Shown here piece by piece: positions 16,875-26,133 of a stretch of DNA of 26,133 nucleotides. The translations under genes and the position numbers were made by a program. Origin of the DNA: an uncultured Eubacteriales bacterium. GTDB lineage: Bacteria > Bacillota > Clostridia > Christensenellales > Aristaeellaceae. The stretch lies in assembly GCA_944353735.1 (NCBI GenBank), contig CALVPU010000215.1, positions 1 through 26,133 on the forward strand, in the 5' to 3' direction. Positions within the stretch are counted from its first letter, which is position 1. Every line of letters begins with the position of its first letter. The notes below the pieces were generated by a model. That model searched no databases, was not told where the DNA came from, and saw only the letters and a program-made list of their open reading frames with translations.

Positions 16875-17681
16875 TCAGAGGACCCAATCGAACATGTTCA
16901 GCACGTCCATGTAGTCGTCGGCGTCGTATTCCACCGTGGTGGGGCTGGTCTGGACGACGCCGGGATAGGTGACGGCGTTGCGGGCGCGGAAGTGCTCCTT
17001 GAAGCTGATCTCGACGTGGAAATGATCCGGCAGCGGGAACATGCAGTCCTTCGCCGGCTTCTCGAGGGCGCGCTTCGCCGCCGCCTGAATCTTGCCGCAG
17101 GCCACGGACGGGAGCATCGAGATCGTGCCGCGACCGCGGCCCTCGTTGACGGCGACGGTCTCGATGTTGGGGTTGATGGCGCGCATCCAGTCGCACAGCC
17201 CCTTGTCGCCCGTCACCAGCCGCACCGGCACGCCCAGATACGCCGCCGTCAGGCTGTTGATCATCAATTCCGGCGCGATCATGCCGTTGATCTTGACGTA
17301 GTTGTTCTGGCGGTTCATCGTGTGGGCGAGGGGATTGGTGTCCATGCCCGCGCCGGAATGGTAGCCGGTGAAGAACACGCCGTCGCAATCGCGCTCGAGC
17401 CCCGCCATCATGCTCATCGAATCGCTGCCCCAGCCGCGGAAGATGCGGATGTTCTCGCAGGTGGGGAAGTGCGAGGGAATGAGGTTGCAGGCGCTGTCGT
17501 GCGCGTCCTTGACGAGGATCTGGCAGCCCCTGTCGACCTGCATTGCGCCGTTGCACGCCGCGACGACCTCCTTCGTCATCTGCTCGGCGAAGTACGCATA
17601 GCGGGGATGACCGGTTTCGGTCTCGTCCCAGCGGGTGATGCCCGCGGTGCCCTCGATGTCGGCGGAAATGTACAGCTTCAT
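16875..17681 (-). CDS. dppA: D-aminopeptidase, peptidase family M55
   Basis: MKLYISADIEG, VKDAH, GYHSGAG, LAHT, PEL and VTGD motifs; start at ATG 17681 behind AAAGGAGG. Confidence 0.92.
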   Translation of the reverse strand: MKLYISADIEGTAGITRWDETETGHPRYAYFAEQMTKEVVAACNGAMQVDRGCQILVKDAHDSACNLIPSHFPTCENIRIFRGWGSDSMSMMAGLERDCDGVFFTGYHSGAGMDTNPLAHTMNRQNNYVKINGMIAPELMINSLTAAYLGVPVRLVTGDKGLCDWMRAINPNIETVAVNEGRGRGTISMLPSVACGKIQAAAKRALEKPAKDCMFPLPDHFHVEISFKEHFRARNAVTYPGVVQTSPTTVEYDADDYMDVLNMFDWVL

Positions 17682-17736
17682 GAAAAGCCCTCCTTTACCA
17701 AAATTCACATTCGGAAAATGTGCGCAAATGGGAAAT

Positions 17737-18912
17737 TCATCCGACCGCCTCGCTCAGCCGGTCCAGCGCCAGCGCGCACTGCATCGCGCAGCCAATGGGC
17801 AGGCAGCGCTCGTCGAGGCGGAAGTCGCGGCTGTGCAGCGGCGCGGCGGGCTGCTCCGCGGCGCAGCCGAGGTGGTAGAACGCGCCCGGCGCCTCCGCGC
17901 AGAAGTAGGAGAAGTCCTCGCCGCCCATGCTCGGCGACTCGCGCGGCGCGACGTTCTCCGCGCCCAGCAGCGCCCGCCCCAGCCGGAAGGCGCGCTCGAC
18001 CTCGCCGGGATCGTTCATCAGCGCGCAGTAGCCCTCGACGATGTCCACGTCCACGCGCGCGCCGAACGCCGCCGCCACGCCCTGCGCCACTTCGCGGATG
18101 CGCGCCTTCATCGCCGCGCGCACGGCGGGATCGGCGGTGCGCAGCGTGCCGCTGAGCTCGACGCGGTCGCAGACGACGTTGCGCGCCGTGCCGCCGGCGA
18201 TCTTGCCAAACGTCAGTACCGCCGGAACCAGCGGCGACACGCCGCGCGAGACCACCGTCTGCAGCGCCGAGACCATCTGCGCGGCGCAGACGATGGCGTC
18301 GACGCACTGCTCCGGGCGCGCCGCGTGTCCCGCCACGCCGCGAATGGCGAGGTTGACCTCGTCGGTCGAGGCGTTGAGACAGCCCGGACGCGAGTCGATG
18401 CGCCCGACGTTCATGTACGGCTGCACGTGCAGCCCGTACACCGCCGCCACGCCGCGCATCGCGCCCGCCGCGACCATCGGCGCCGCGCCGCCCACCGTCT
18501 CCTCCGCCGGCTGGAACAGCAGCCGCACCGTGCCGGAAAACGCATCGCGCATCGACGCGAGCAGCCTCGCCGCGCCCAGCTGCACCGCCATGTGTGCGTC
18601 GTGCCCGCAGGCGTGCATCCAGCCGGCATGCTCCGAGCGAAACGGCAACCCCTCCGGCTCGTCCAGCGGCAGCGCGTCCATGTCCGCGCGCAGCGCCACC
18701 ACCGCGCCCGGCGCCGCGCCCGCGATCTCGCCGATCACCCACGTGCGCTCCGTGCGGTAGGGAATGCCCATCTCGTCCAGCAGCCGGCAGATCAGCGCCT
18801 GCGTCTTGAACTCGCGAAAACCTTCCTCCGGAATGCGGTGCAGCGCCCGCCGCACCTCCGTCAGCCAGTCCGCCTGCGCCTGCGCCCGGCGGTAAATCTC
18901 CTGAATGTCCAC
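17737..18912 (-). CDS. M20D amidohydrolase (hippurate hydrolase/N-acyl-amino-acid amidohydrolase-like)
   Basis: LHRIPE, ALRADMDALP, MHACGHDAH, FQPAEE, GGEDFS and LHS motifs; GTG start at 18912 behind GGAGG. Confidence 0.92.
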   Translation of the reverse strand: MDIQEIYRRAQAQADWLTEVRRALHRIPEEGFREFKTQALICRLLDEMGIPYRTERTWVIGEIAGAAPGAVVALRADMDALPLDEPEGLPFRSEHAGWMHACGHDAHMAVQLGAARLLASMRDAFSGTVRLLFQPAEETVGGAAPMVAAGAMRGVAAVYGLHVQPYMNVGRIDSRPGCLNASTDEVNLAIRGVAGHAARPEQCVDAIVCAAQMVSALQTVVSRGVSPLVPAVLTFGKIAGGTARNVVCDRVELSGTLRTADPAVRAAMKARIREVAQGVAAAFGARVDVDIVEGYCALMNDPGEVERAFRLGRALLGAENVAPRESPSMGGEDFSYFCAEAPGAFYHLGCAAEQPAAPLHSRDFRLDERCLPIGCAMQCALALDRLSEAVG

Positions 18913-19137
18913 GGTCCTCCACCTCGCCAGCTTCAATTCTGTACTGCGCCCAGCCGCAGCCAGCCTTCCGCCGGACGCCGCCGAGCCGTTTTCCCTCATT
19001 TGCCGCGCTCCGCACCCCAACCAATCGCGCCGCGCACAGCGAATGACGCCGCCGTCCGGCGGCATTCGCCCCGGAAAGAAACGTCGCCTTCCCCCTATTA
19101 CCCGCGGCGCATGCAATGCGCCGCCGAAGCGGGATTC

Positions 19138-19188
19138 TCAAGGGGCTCAGCCCCTTGAGCGGGGGTGCAGGGGGGCAGCGCCCCCTAC
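19138..19188 (-). repeat. REP-like double-hairpin element
   Basis: Minus strand GTAG-GGGGC-GCT-GCCCC, followed by a second hairpin TCAAGGGGC-TGA-GCCCCTTGA. A GTAG foot plus short palindrome is the established REP layout. Confidence 0.5.
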
Positions 19189-19225
19189 GCGTCTCCCCGC
19201 GTCGTCTCCCGCGTCCTGCGCTGCG

Positions 19226-19254
19226 ATTATATCCCATTGGGGGCGGGGCGTCCA
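19226..19254 (-). promoter_or_regulatory. Putative sigmaA promoter of the M20-dppA operon
   Basis: Minus strand TGGACG-17 nt-TATAAT, about 310 nt upstream of the GTG start. Confidence 0.5.
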
Positions 19255-19294
19255 CCGCGGAAGGTTAAGCCTTCGCAATGTCAAGCAAAAAGGC

Positions 19295-19323
19295 TTGACA
19301 TTGGCGGGGCGGGCGGCTATAAT
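19295..19323 (+). promoter_or_regulatory. Consensus sigmaA promoter of the ylxM-ffh operon
   Basis: TTGACA-17 nt-TATAAT. Confidence 0.92.
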
Positions 19324-19356
19324 AAGTGAGCGACAATGCGCGCGGAGGCGACGGGT

Positions 19357-19710
19357 ATGGCGGACGTGGCGGACCGGGTGGCGCTGGGCTACCTGCTGGA
19401 CTTCTACGGGCCGCTGCTGACGGCGCACAGGCGCGAGCTGGTGCGCCTGTACTGCGAAGAGGACCTGTCGCTGAGCGAGATCGCGGAGCAGATGTCCATC
19501 ACGCGGCAAGGGGTGTCGGACGCCATCCGCAAGGCGCGCGCCCAGCTGGAGGGCTATGAGGAAAAGCTCGGGCTGGTGGCGCGATATGTGGCGATCAACC
19601 GTCAGGCGCGCGCGTGCATGGCGGCGCTGGATGCGCTCGGCGCGGGCGACGGCGGCGCGATGACCGCCGCGCGGCAGGCGCTGGAGAATATCCTTCAAAT
19701 CGAGAGGTGA
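19357..19710 (+). CDS. ylxM: YlxM/UPF0122 SRP-associated DNA-binding-fold protein
   Basis: LLDFYGPLLT...LYCEEDLSLSEIAEQMSITRQGVSDAIRKA...YEEKLGL; directly upstream of ffh; ATG 19357 behind GGAGG. Confidence 0.92.
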   Translation: MADVADRVALGYLLDFYGPLLTAHRRELVRLYCEEDLSLSEIAEQMSITRQGVSDAIRKARAQLEGYEEKLGLVARYVAINRQARACMAALDALGAGDGGAMTAARQALENILQIER

Positions 19711-19716
19711 ACGCCG

Positions 19717-21063
<1,347 letters not shown>

Positions 21064-21131
21064 GTGCACTATGGCGCAAGCCGTATGACACATATCTTTC
21101 GCACAGCGATTTCTTTAAGGAGGAAACCACA

Positions 21132-21371
21132 ATGGTCAAGATTCGTCTCAAGAGAATTGGCATGAAGAAGAAGCCCTTCTACCGCCTCGTCGTCACCGAC
21201 AGCCGCAATCCGCGCGACGGTCGCTTCATCGAGGAAGTCGGCTACTACAACCCCGTTTCCGAGCCGGTTGAGCTCAAGATCGACGCGGAGCGCGCGAAGT
21301 ACTGGCTCGGCAACGGCGCGCAGCCGACCGACACCGTGCGCGGCCTGCTGAAGAAGGGCGGCGTGCTGTGA
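21132..21371 (+). CDS. rpsP: 30S ribosomal protein S16
   Basis: [41 protein letters not shown]; AAGGAGG RBS. In the ORF track it appears only as the tail of 20124..21371. Confidence 0.98.
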   Translation: MVKIRLKRIGMKKKPFYRLVVTDSRNPRDGRFIEEVGYYNPVSEPVELKIDAERAKYWLGNGAQPTDTVRGLLKKGGVL

Positions 21372-21604
21372 CGATGGTCGAACTGGTCCGCTATATGGCG
21401 GCCTCGCTCGTGGACAAGCCGGACAAGGTCGACGTCCGCGAGATCGAAAACGAAGAGGACATCGTCATCGAGCTGCGGGTCGATCCGGACGACATGGGCA
21501 AGGTCATCGGCAAGCAGGGGCGCATCGCCAAGGCGATCCGCACCATTGTCAAGGGCGCGACCCCCAAGGACGGCAAGCCCGTCTCCGTGGAGATCATCGA
21601 GTGA
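21368..21604 (+). CDS. khpA: KH-domain RNA-binding protein (YlqC/KhpA)
   Basis: [25 protein letters not shown]; overlaps the rpsP stop (GTGA); alternative start at ATG 21374. Confidence 0.95.
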   Translation: MTMVELVRYMAASLVDKPDKVDVREIENEEDIVIELRVDPDDMGKVIGKQGRIAKAIRTIVKGATPKDGKPVSVEIIE

Positions 21605-21614
21605 ACCGCCAAAC

Positions 21615-21646
21615 AAATCCCGCCGGTTTGTGCCGGCGGGATTTTT
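21615..21646 (+). terminator. Intrinsic terminator ending the ffh-rpsP-khpA operon
   Basis: 12-bp stem AAATCCCGCCGG / CCGGCGGGATTT plus additional TT. Confidence 0.88.
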
Positions 21647-21759
21647 GCGTCTCTCCAAAACTGCGCGGCGGGGACAACTGCCCCGGGCGGCGGGCTTACG
21701 CTTCGCTGGCGAGAAGCGCCTGCGCCCTCAATGCCGCCGTAAAGCCCAAGTAATAGTGC

Positions 21760-22683
21760 TTACGCCTCGCTGGCGAGAAGCGCCTGCGCCTGCGCGAGGG
21801 TGGGCATGCCCTGCTGCGCGCCGTAGGCGGTGACCGCCAGCGCGCCGGCGGCGTTGCCGAGGCGCACGGCCTCGCGCAGCGGCAGTCCCATCGCCAGTCC
21901 CGCCGCGAAGCCGGCGTTGAAGGTGTCGCCGGCGGCGGTGGTGTCCACCGCCTTGACGCTAAAGCCGGGAACGTGCTCGATGCCGTTGCGCGTACCGATG
22001 TAGGCGCCATCCGCGCCGCGCTTGTGGATCACCGCGCGGTCGCTGCCGCCGACCAGATGGCGCACGCGCGCCTCTATGCCGGCGCTCTCGGGCAGGTCGG
22101 CGGTGACGATGCGCAGCTCGGTCTCGTTCGGGGTCAGATAGTCCACTGCGGCGAGCAGCTCCGCGGGCAGCGGCACCGCCGGCGCGGGATCGAGCACGAT
22201 CGTCTTGCCCCGCGCGCGCAGCCGCGCGACCGCCTCGGCGACGGTGTCCAGCGGAATCTCCAATTGCAGCAGGAAGATGTCGCAGTCCGCCGTGGCGGCG
22301 AGGGCGCGGTCGAGCCACGCGCGGTCGCACAGCCCGTTGGCGCCGGGCGCGATGACGATGCAGTTTTCGCCTTCGGCGTTGACGAGGATGTCCGCCACGC
22401 CGGTCGACGCGCCGGGCACGGCGTCCACCGCGGCGACGTCGACGCCGCTGCGGCGGAAGTGATCGAGGTATTCCTGTCCAAAGGGGTCGCCGCCGACGCG
22501 GCCCGCCATGCGCACCGGCATGCCGAGCCTGCCCAGCGCGATCGCCTGGTTGGCGCCCTTGCCGCCGGGAACGGTCTGAAAGCCGCTGCCGGTCAGCGTC
22601 TCGCCCGCGGCGGGAAAGCGCGGCACGCGCAGCACCATATCCATGTTGATCGAGCCGATGACGGCGCATTTTTTGAAAGCCAT
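21760..22683 (-). CDS. rbsK: Ribokinase (PfkB family)
   Basis: GSINMD, PGGKGANQAIA, GRVGGDPFG, LLQLEIP, LTPNETE and VDTTAAGDTFNAG. Confidence 0.95.
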   Translation of the reverse strand: MAFKKCAVIGSINMDMVLRVPRFPAAGETLTGSGFQTVPGGKGANQAIALGRLGMPVRMAGRVGGDPFGQEYLDHFRRSGVDVAAVDAVPGASTGVADILVNAEGENCIVIAPGANGLCDRAWLDRALAATADCDIFLLQLEIPLDTVAEAVARLRARGKTIVLDPAPAVPLPAELLAAVDYLTPNETELRIVTADLPESAGIEARVRHLVGGSDRAVIHKRGADGAYIGTRNGIEHVPGFSVKAVDTTAAGDTFNAGFAAGLAMGLPLREAVRLGNAAGALAVTAYGAQQGMPTLAQAQALLASEA

Positions 22684-22736
22684 GGCGTTATTCCTCCGAT
22701 GAGATCGCTGTGCTGGGAAAGGGCGCGCCCTGCCGA

Positions 22737-23678
22737 CTACGCGCCGATCTTGGCGAACAGGTCGCGGAAGATCGGGTTGCGGTGGCAGAAGTACGCCTCG
22801 CGGATGGGGTGGCGGCGCGGGTCGAGCGCCCAGTGGCTGTCGTCAGTGAGCAGCGGACTGGGCACGAGCTTTGCCGGCACCCAGTCGGGCTGGATGAGAT
22901 GACCGATGACCGCCGTGTCCCAGAGCTCCTTCGCCCATGCGAAATGGTCGCGCTCGTAGGCGGCGAACAGCTCGATCAGCGCGTCGCAGAGCGCGTTTTT
23001 GCCGCCGATGCAGCTTTTGAGCTCCTCCACCGTGGTCAGCATGTGCGACGCCACGCCCAGACACGGCACCAGCGTCAGCGCCGCGCCGCAGTCCAGCGCC
23101 ACGCGGGCGGCGGCGACGTCCTGCGAGAGGTTGAATTCCATCGCGGTGGGATAGCCGGTCGGGTGCCCGCCCAGCCAGACGATGTGGATGCGGTGGGCGA
23201 TGCGCGGCTCCATCAGCAGCGCCGAGGCGACGTTGGTGATGGCGCCGATGGCGGCGACCACCAGCGGCGGCTCGTCCTCGCCGCGCGCCATGGCGCGCGC
23301 CACCAGATCGCGCGCCGCAGGGCTGTCCACCGGCGTGCGCCCGTCGGGCAGGAAGGCGCGGCTTCCCTCGAATACGCGCCCCTGCGCGGGCAGGTCCATC
23401 TTGCCCAGCAGGCGGACGATCTCGGCATAGCTCTTTTCCATGCCGTCGGCGGGGCTGCTGGCGCGGTCGTTCAAGAACGGCGCGGCGTAGACCGCCTGCA
23501 CGTTCAGGCGCTCGGGCGAGCGCAGCGCATAGGCGAGGGCGAACTGGTCGTCGACCTCGTTGTAGGTGTCGGTGTCGAGCACCATGTCGAGCCTGCCCGC
23601 GGGCAGCTCGAGGCGCCGGCACAGTTCCGCGGCGGGCGGGACGTCCCACCGCAGCGATTCGCGTTCATACCACCACAT
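22737..23678 (-). CDS. Nucleoside hydrolase (IU-NH family)
   Basis: VLDTDTYNEVDDQFAL, AIGAITNVASAL, VWLGG, EFNL..D..AA and LWD motifs; adjacent to ribokinase; GGAGG RBS. Confidence 0.88.
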   Translation of the reverse strand: MWWYERESLRWDVPPAAELCRRLELPAGRLDMVLDTDTYNEVDDQFALAYALRSPERLNVQAVYAAPFLNDRASSPADGMEKSYAEIVRLLGKMDLPAQGRVFEGSRAFLPDGRTPVDSPAARDLVARAMARGEDEPPLVVAAIGAITNVASALLMEPRIAHRIHIVWLGGHPTGYPTAMEFNLSQDVAAARVALDCGAALTLVPCLGVASHMLTTVEELKSCIGGKNALCDALIELFAAYERDHFAWAKELWDTAVIGHLIQPDWVPAKLVPSPLLTDDSHWALDPRRHPIREAYFCHRNPIFRDLFAKIGA

Positions 23679-23702
23679 GGCGTACCTCCTGTTGCAATCG
23701 CG

Positions 23703-24035
23703 TCAGTCCAGCAGATATTCGTATTCCCAGCGGATAAGGCCGTCCTCGAAATCGAATATGTCGACGGAGCGGCCGCCGTTGCTGTTTTGCAGAAAGGCGA
23801 CGATGCGGTTGCCGCTGGGGCTGACCTCCATGCGCTCGCAGGTGAAGGTCGCGTCCGAGGTGCGGTAGCCGGACATGATGCGGTCCATGTACTCCTCGCG
23901 TCCGGCGACGGGCATGTGGGTCATCTCGGTGTGCAGAAACCACATCACCTGCGGGTGCAGGTAGCCGCGAAAGGCGATCCAGTCGCGCGCGTTTTCGGCG
24001 TCGAAGAATTTCTGCAGCAGTTCGGGATTGGTCAT
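23703..24035 (-). CDS. NTF2/SnoaL-like small protein
   Basis: LLQKFFDAENARDW...LHPQVMW...GREEY...DIFDFEDGLIRWEYEY; ATG 24035 behind GGAGG. Confidence 0.8.
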   Translation of the reverse strand: MTNPELLQKFFDAENARDWIAFRGYLHPQVMWFLHTEMTHMPVAGREEYMDRIMSGYRTSDATFTCERMEVSPSGNRIVAFLQNSNGGRSVDIFDFEDGLIRWEYEYLLD

Positions 24036-24075
24036 GGGGATAAAACCTCCTGTCGGCGCAAATGCGTTTGTCCCT

Positions 24076-24104
24076 ATTATAGCGGTTTTCCGCGCGGCTT
24101 TCAA
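24076..24104 (-). promoter_or_regulatory. sigmaA promoter of the SnoaL-nucleoside hydrolase-rbsK operon
   Basis: Minus strand TTGAAA-17 nt-TATAAT. Confidence 0.8.
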
Positions 24105-24156
24105 TCATTCAGGCGCGGTTTTCAGGCGGAAAAATGTATCTTTCGGCGTCCAGCCG

Positions 24157-24185
24157 TTGCGGACCGCGGGCAATCATGCTATACT
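24157..24185 (+). promoter_or_regulatory. sigmaA promoter (extended -10) of the flotillin gene
   Basis: TTGCGG-17 nt-TATACT with TGn before the -10 box. Confidence 0.7.
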
Positions 24186-24187
24186 GT

Positions 24188-24209
24188 TCTTACCGAACGT
24201 TCGGAAAGA
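24188..24209. promoter_or_regulatory. Putative repressor operator (22-bp palindrome) at the flotillin transcription start
   Basis: TCTTACCGAACGTTCGGAAAGA: 10 of 11 pairs complementary, starting 3 nt after the -10 box. Confidence 0.55.
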
Positions 24210-24229
24210 TACAAAGGGGGAATCCATTC

Positions 24230-25669
24230 ATGAACATGCCGCTCATCATCGGTCTCGCCGTCGCGGCGGTCGCGATCCTGCTCGTGGCGCTGGGCTACCT
24301 GAAGGCGCCGCCGGACACGGCCTACATCATTTCCGGTCCCGGACGCCGGCGCATACTCATCGGGCGCGCGGGCTGGCGCATTCCGTTTCTGGAGCGCGTG
24401 GACAAGCTGTCGCTCAACGTCATGCAGGTGGACGTCAAGACCAGCGAGGCGGTGCCGACGAACGAGTTCATCAACGTGCTCGTCGACGGCGTGGCGAACA
24501 TCAAGGTCTCGTCCGATCCGGAGCTGCTCAAGCGCGCGGCGGAATCGCTGCTGGGCATGAAACAGCAGCAGCTGATCAACATGGTCACGCAGGTGCTCGA
24601 GGGCAACATGCGCGAAATCGTCGGCTCGGTCGGCCTGAAGGAAATGGTGCAGGACCGCCAGGGCGTCGCCAAGAAGATCACCGAAAACGTCGTGCCCGAC
24701 ATGCGCAAGCTGGGCATCGAGGTCGTCAACTTCAACATCCAGAACTTCAAGGACAACGCCGGCACCATCGAGAACATGGGCATCGACAACGTCGAGCAGA
24801 TCCGCAAGAACGCCCAGATCGCCAAGGCGAACGCCCAGCGCGACATCGCCATCGCCACCGCGCAGGCGCAGCAGGAGGCGAACGCCATCAAGGTCGAGTC
24901 CGAGATGAAGATCGCCGAGCAGGACATGGAGCTTGCCGTCCAGCAGGGCGAGATGAAGATCAAGGCGGACACCAAGCGCGCCGAGGCGGACGCCGCCTAT
25001 TCCATCCAGCAGGAAAACCAGCGCCGCACCATCGAGGTCGCGCGCGTCAACGCCGACATCGCCCGCAAGGAAAAGGAAGCGGAGCTGGCGGAAAAGGAGA
25101 CCGCGCTCGCCGAGCGCAAGCTCGACGCCGACGTCCGCAAGCAGGCGGACGCCATGAAGTACAAGGCGGAAAAGGAAGCCGAAGCCGAGCTCATCCGCCG
25201 CCAGCGCGAGGCGGAGGCGCAGAAGTACGAGGCGATCCAGCAGGCGGAGGCGCGCAAGGCGGAGGCAGAAGCCGTGCGCTTCGCCATGGAGCAGGAAGCC
25301 GCGGGCATTCGCGCCAAGGGCATCGCCGAGGCGGAAGCCATCGAGAAGAAGGCGGAGGCGCAAAAGCGCATGGGCGAGGCGTCCGTCATCGAGATGTACC
25401 TGCAGGCGCTTCCGGACATCGTCAAGAACGCCGCTACGCCGCTTTCCCAGACGGACAAGATCGTCATGTACGGCGACGGCAACGCCACCCGCGTGGTGCG
25501 CGACGTCATGAACAGCGCCAGCCAGATCATAGAGGGCGTGCGCGAATCCACCGGCGTCGACCTGCAGCAGCTCGTCGAGCGCCTGACCGCGGCAAAGCCC
25601 GCGCAGCCCGCCGCCAACGCAGCGCCCGCCGAAGCCGCCGCCAGGCCGGACCTCCCGCCGCAGGCGTGA
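24230..25669 (+). CDS. Flotillin family (SPFH/band 7) protein, FloT/YuaG-like
   Basis: N-terminal TM helix; APPDTAYIISG, PFLERVDKL, VPTNEFINV and VLEGNMREI; long EA-rich coiled coil (AEAEA); LSQTDKIVMYG. Start at ATG 24230 behind AGGGGG. Confidence 0.93.
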   Translation: MNMPLIIGLAVAAVAILLVALGYLKAPPDTAYIISGPGRRRILIGRAGWRIPFLERVDKLSLNVMQVDVKTSEAVPTNEFINVLVDGVANIKVSSDPELLKRAAESLLGMKQQQLINMVTQVLEGNMREIVGSVGLKEMVQDRQGVAKKITENVVPDMRKLGIEVVNFNIQNFKDNAGTIENMGIDNVEQIRKNAQIAKANAQRDIAIATAQAQQEANAIKVESEMKIAEQDMELAVQQGEMKIKADTKRAEADAAYSIQQENQRRTIEVARVNADIARKEKEAELAEKETALAERKLDADVRKQADAMKYKAEKEAEAELIRRQREAEAQKYEAIQQAEARKAEAEAVRFAMEQEAAGIRAKGIAEAEAIEKKAEAQKRMGEASVIEMYLQALPDIVKNAATPLSQTDKIVMYGDGNATRVVRDVMNSASQIIEGVRESTGVDLQQLVERLTAAKPAQPAANAAPAEAAARPDLPPQA

Positions 25670-25681
25670 GGAGCGAAGGGA

Positions 25682-26115
25682 ATTTCGTCATCCCGCCCGG
25701 CGGGAGAATTTTCCACCGCAGGGGCGCGGGGCGATTGACCATGCCGCGCACCTGCGGTGTCGGGGATGCCATTGTGGACGCGAGGGAAGGGTTCGACGGA
25801 TTTCGGCATCCCGCCCGGCGGGCGAACCTTCCGTCGCAGGGGCGCGGGGCGATTGCCCATGCCGCACACCTGCGGTGTTGGGGATGCCATTGCGGACGCG
25901 AGGGAAGGAGGGCGACGGATTTCAGCATCCCGCCCGGCGGGAGAATTTTCCACCGCAGGGGCGCGGGGCGATTGCCCATGCCGCGCACCTGCGCATGGTC
26001 GGGGATGCCATTGTGGACGCGAGGGAAGGGTTCGACGGATTTCATCATCCCGAGCGCGGGGGGGCGCCGCGATGGGAGGGAGGGGAGGCGACGGCGGATG
26101 CCGCACACCTGCGCA
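25682..26115. repeat. ~119-bp tandem repeat tract (3 full units plus a diverged partial), hairpin-rich, REP/BIME-like
   Basis: ATTTC..CATCCCG anchor at 25682, 25800, 25919 and 26039. Copy 1 has a 15-bp stem with one mismatch (25715-25729 / 25744-25758). The tract is directly downstream of the flotillin stop. Confidence 0.9.
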
Positions 26116-26133
26116 TAAACGAGAGTGCAATTG

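Noticed and set aside
18913-19225. T-box or metabolite riboswitch upstream of the amidohydrolase
   Set aside because: No T-box AAGGTGGTACCGCG-like, SAM, lysine or glycine riboswitch consensus could be seen.
24193-24204. LexA (Cheo) box
   Set aside because: The Bacillota SOS box needs GAAC-N4-GTTC; here GAAC and GTTC are adjacent.

Overview
This is a GC-rich window from a Bacillota (Clostridia-like) chromosome. That assignment is inferred from the ylxM-ffh-rpsP-khpA gene order, sigmaA-type TTGACA/TATAAT promoters and GGAGG ribosome-binding sites. Coding content, left to right: ppa; a secreted L,D-transpeptidase with five peptidoglycan-binding domains; an exported Cys Ntn-hydrolase; an LCP protein; an SGNH/GDSL hydrolase; an AT-richer AraC + CUT1 ABC transporter + TIM-barrel + PHP module; a secreted caspase-fold peptidase with EF-hand, Ig-like and SH3b domains; an M20 amidohydrolase-dppA pair; ylxM-ffh-rpsP-khpA; a SnoaL-like/nucleoside hydrolase/rbsK operon; and a flotillin. 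Three unrelated-looking tandem repeat tracts (149, ~157 and ~119 bp units) lie downstream of genes. The most unusual element is 6024-6682. There, each ~157-bp unit contains a degenerate type I-C CRISPR repeat fused to a half repeat, and a small repeat-spacer array is spliced in at the shared motif. No cas genes, rRNA, tRNA or transposase were recognised. All calls come from reading motifs by eye; no searches were run.
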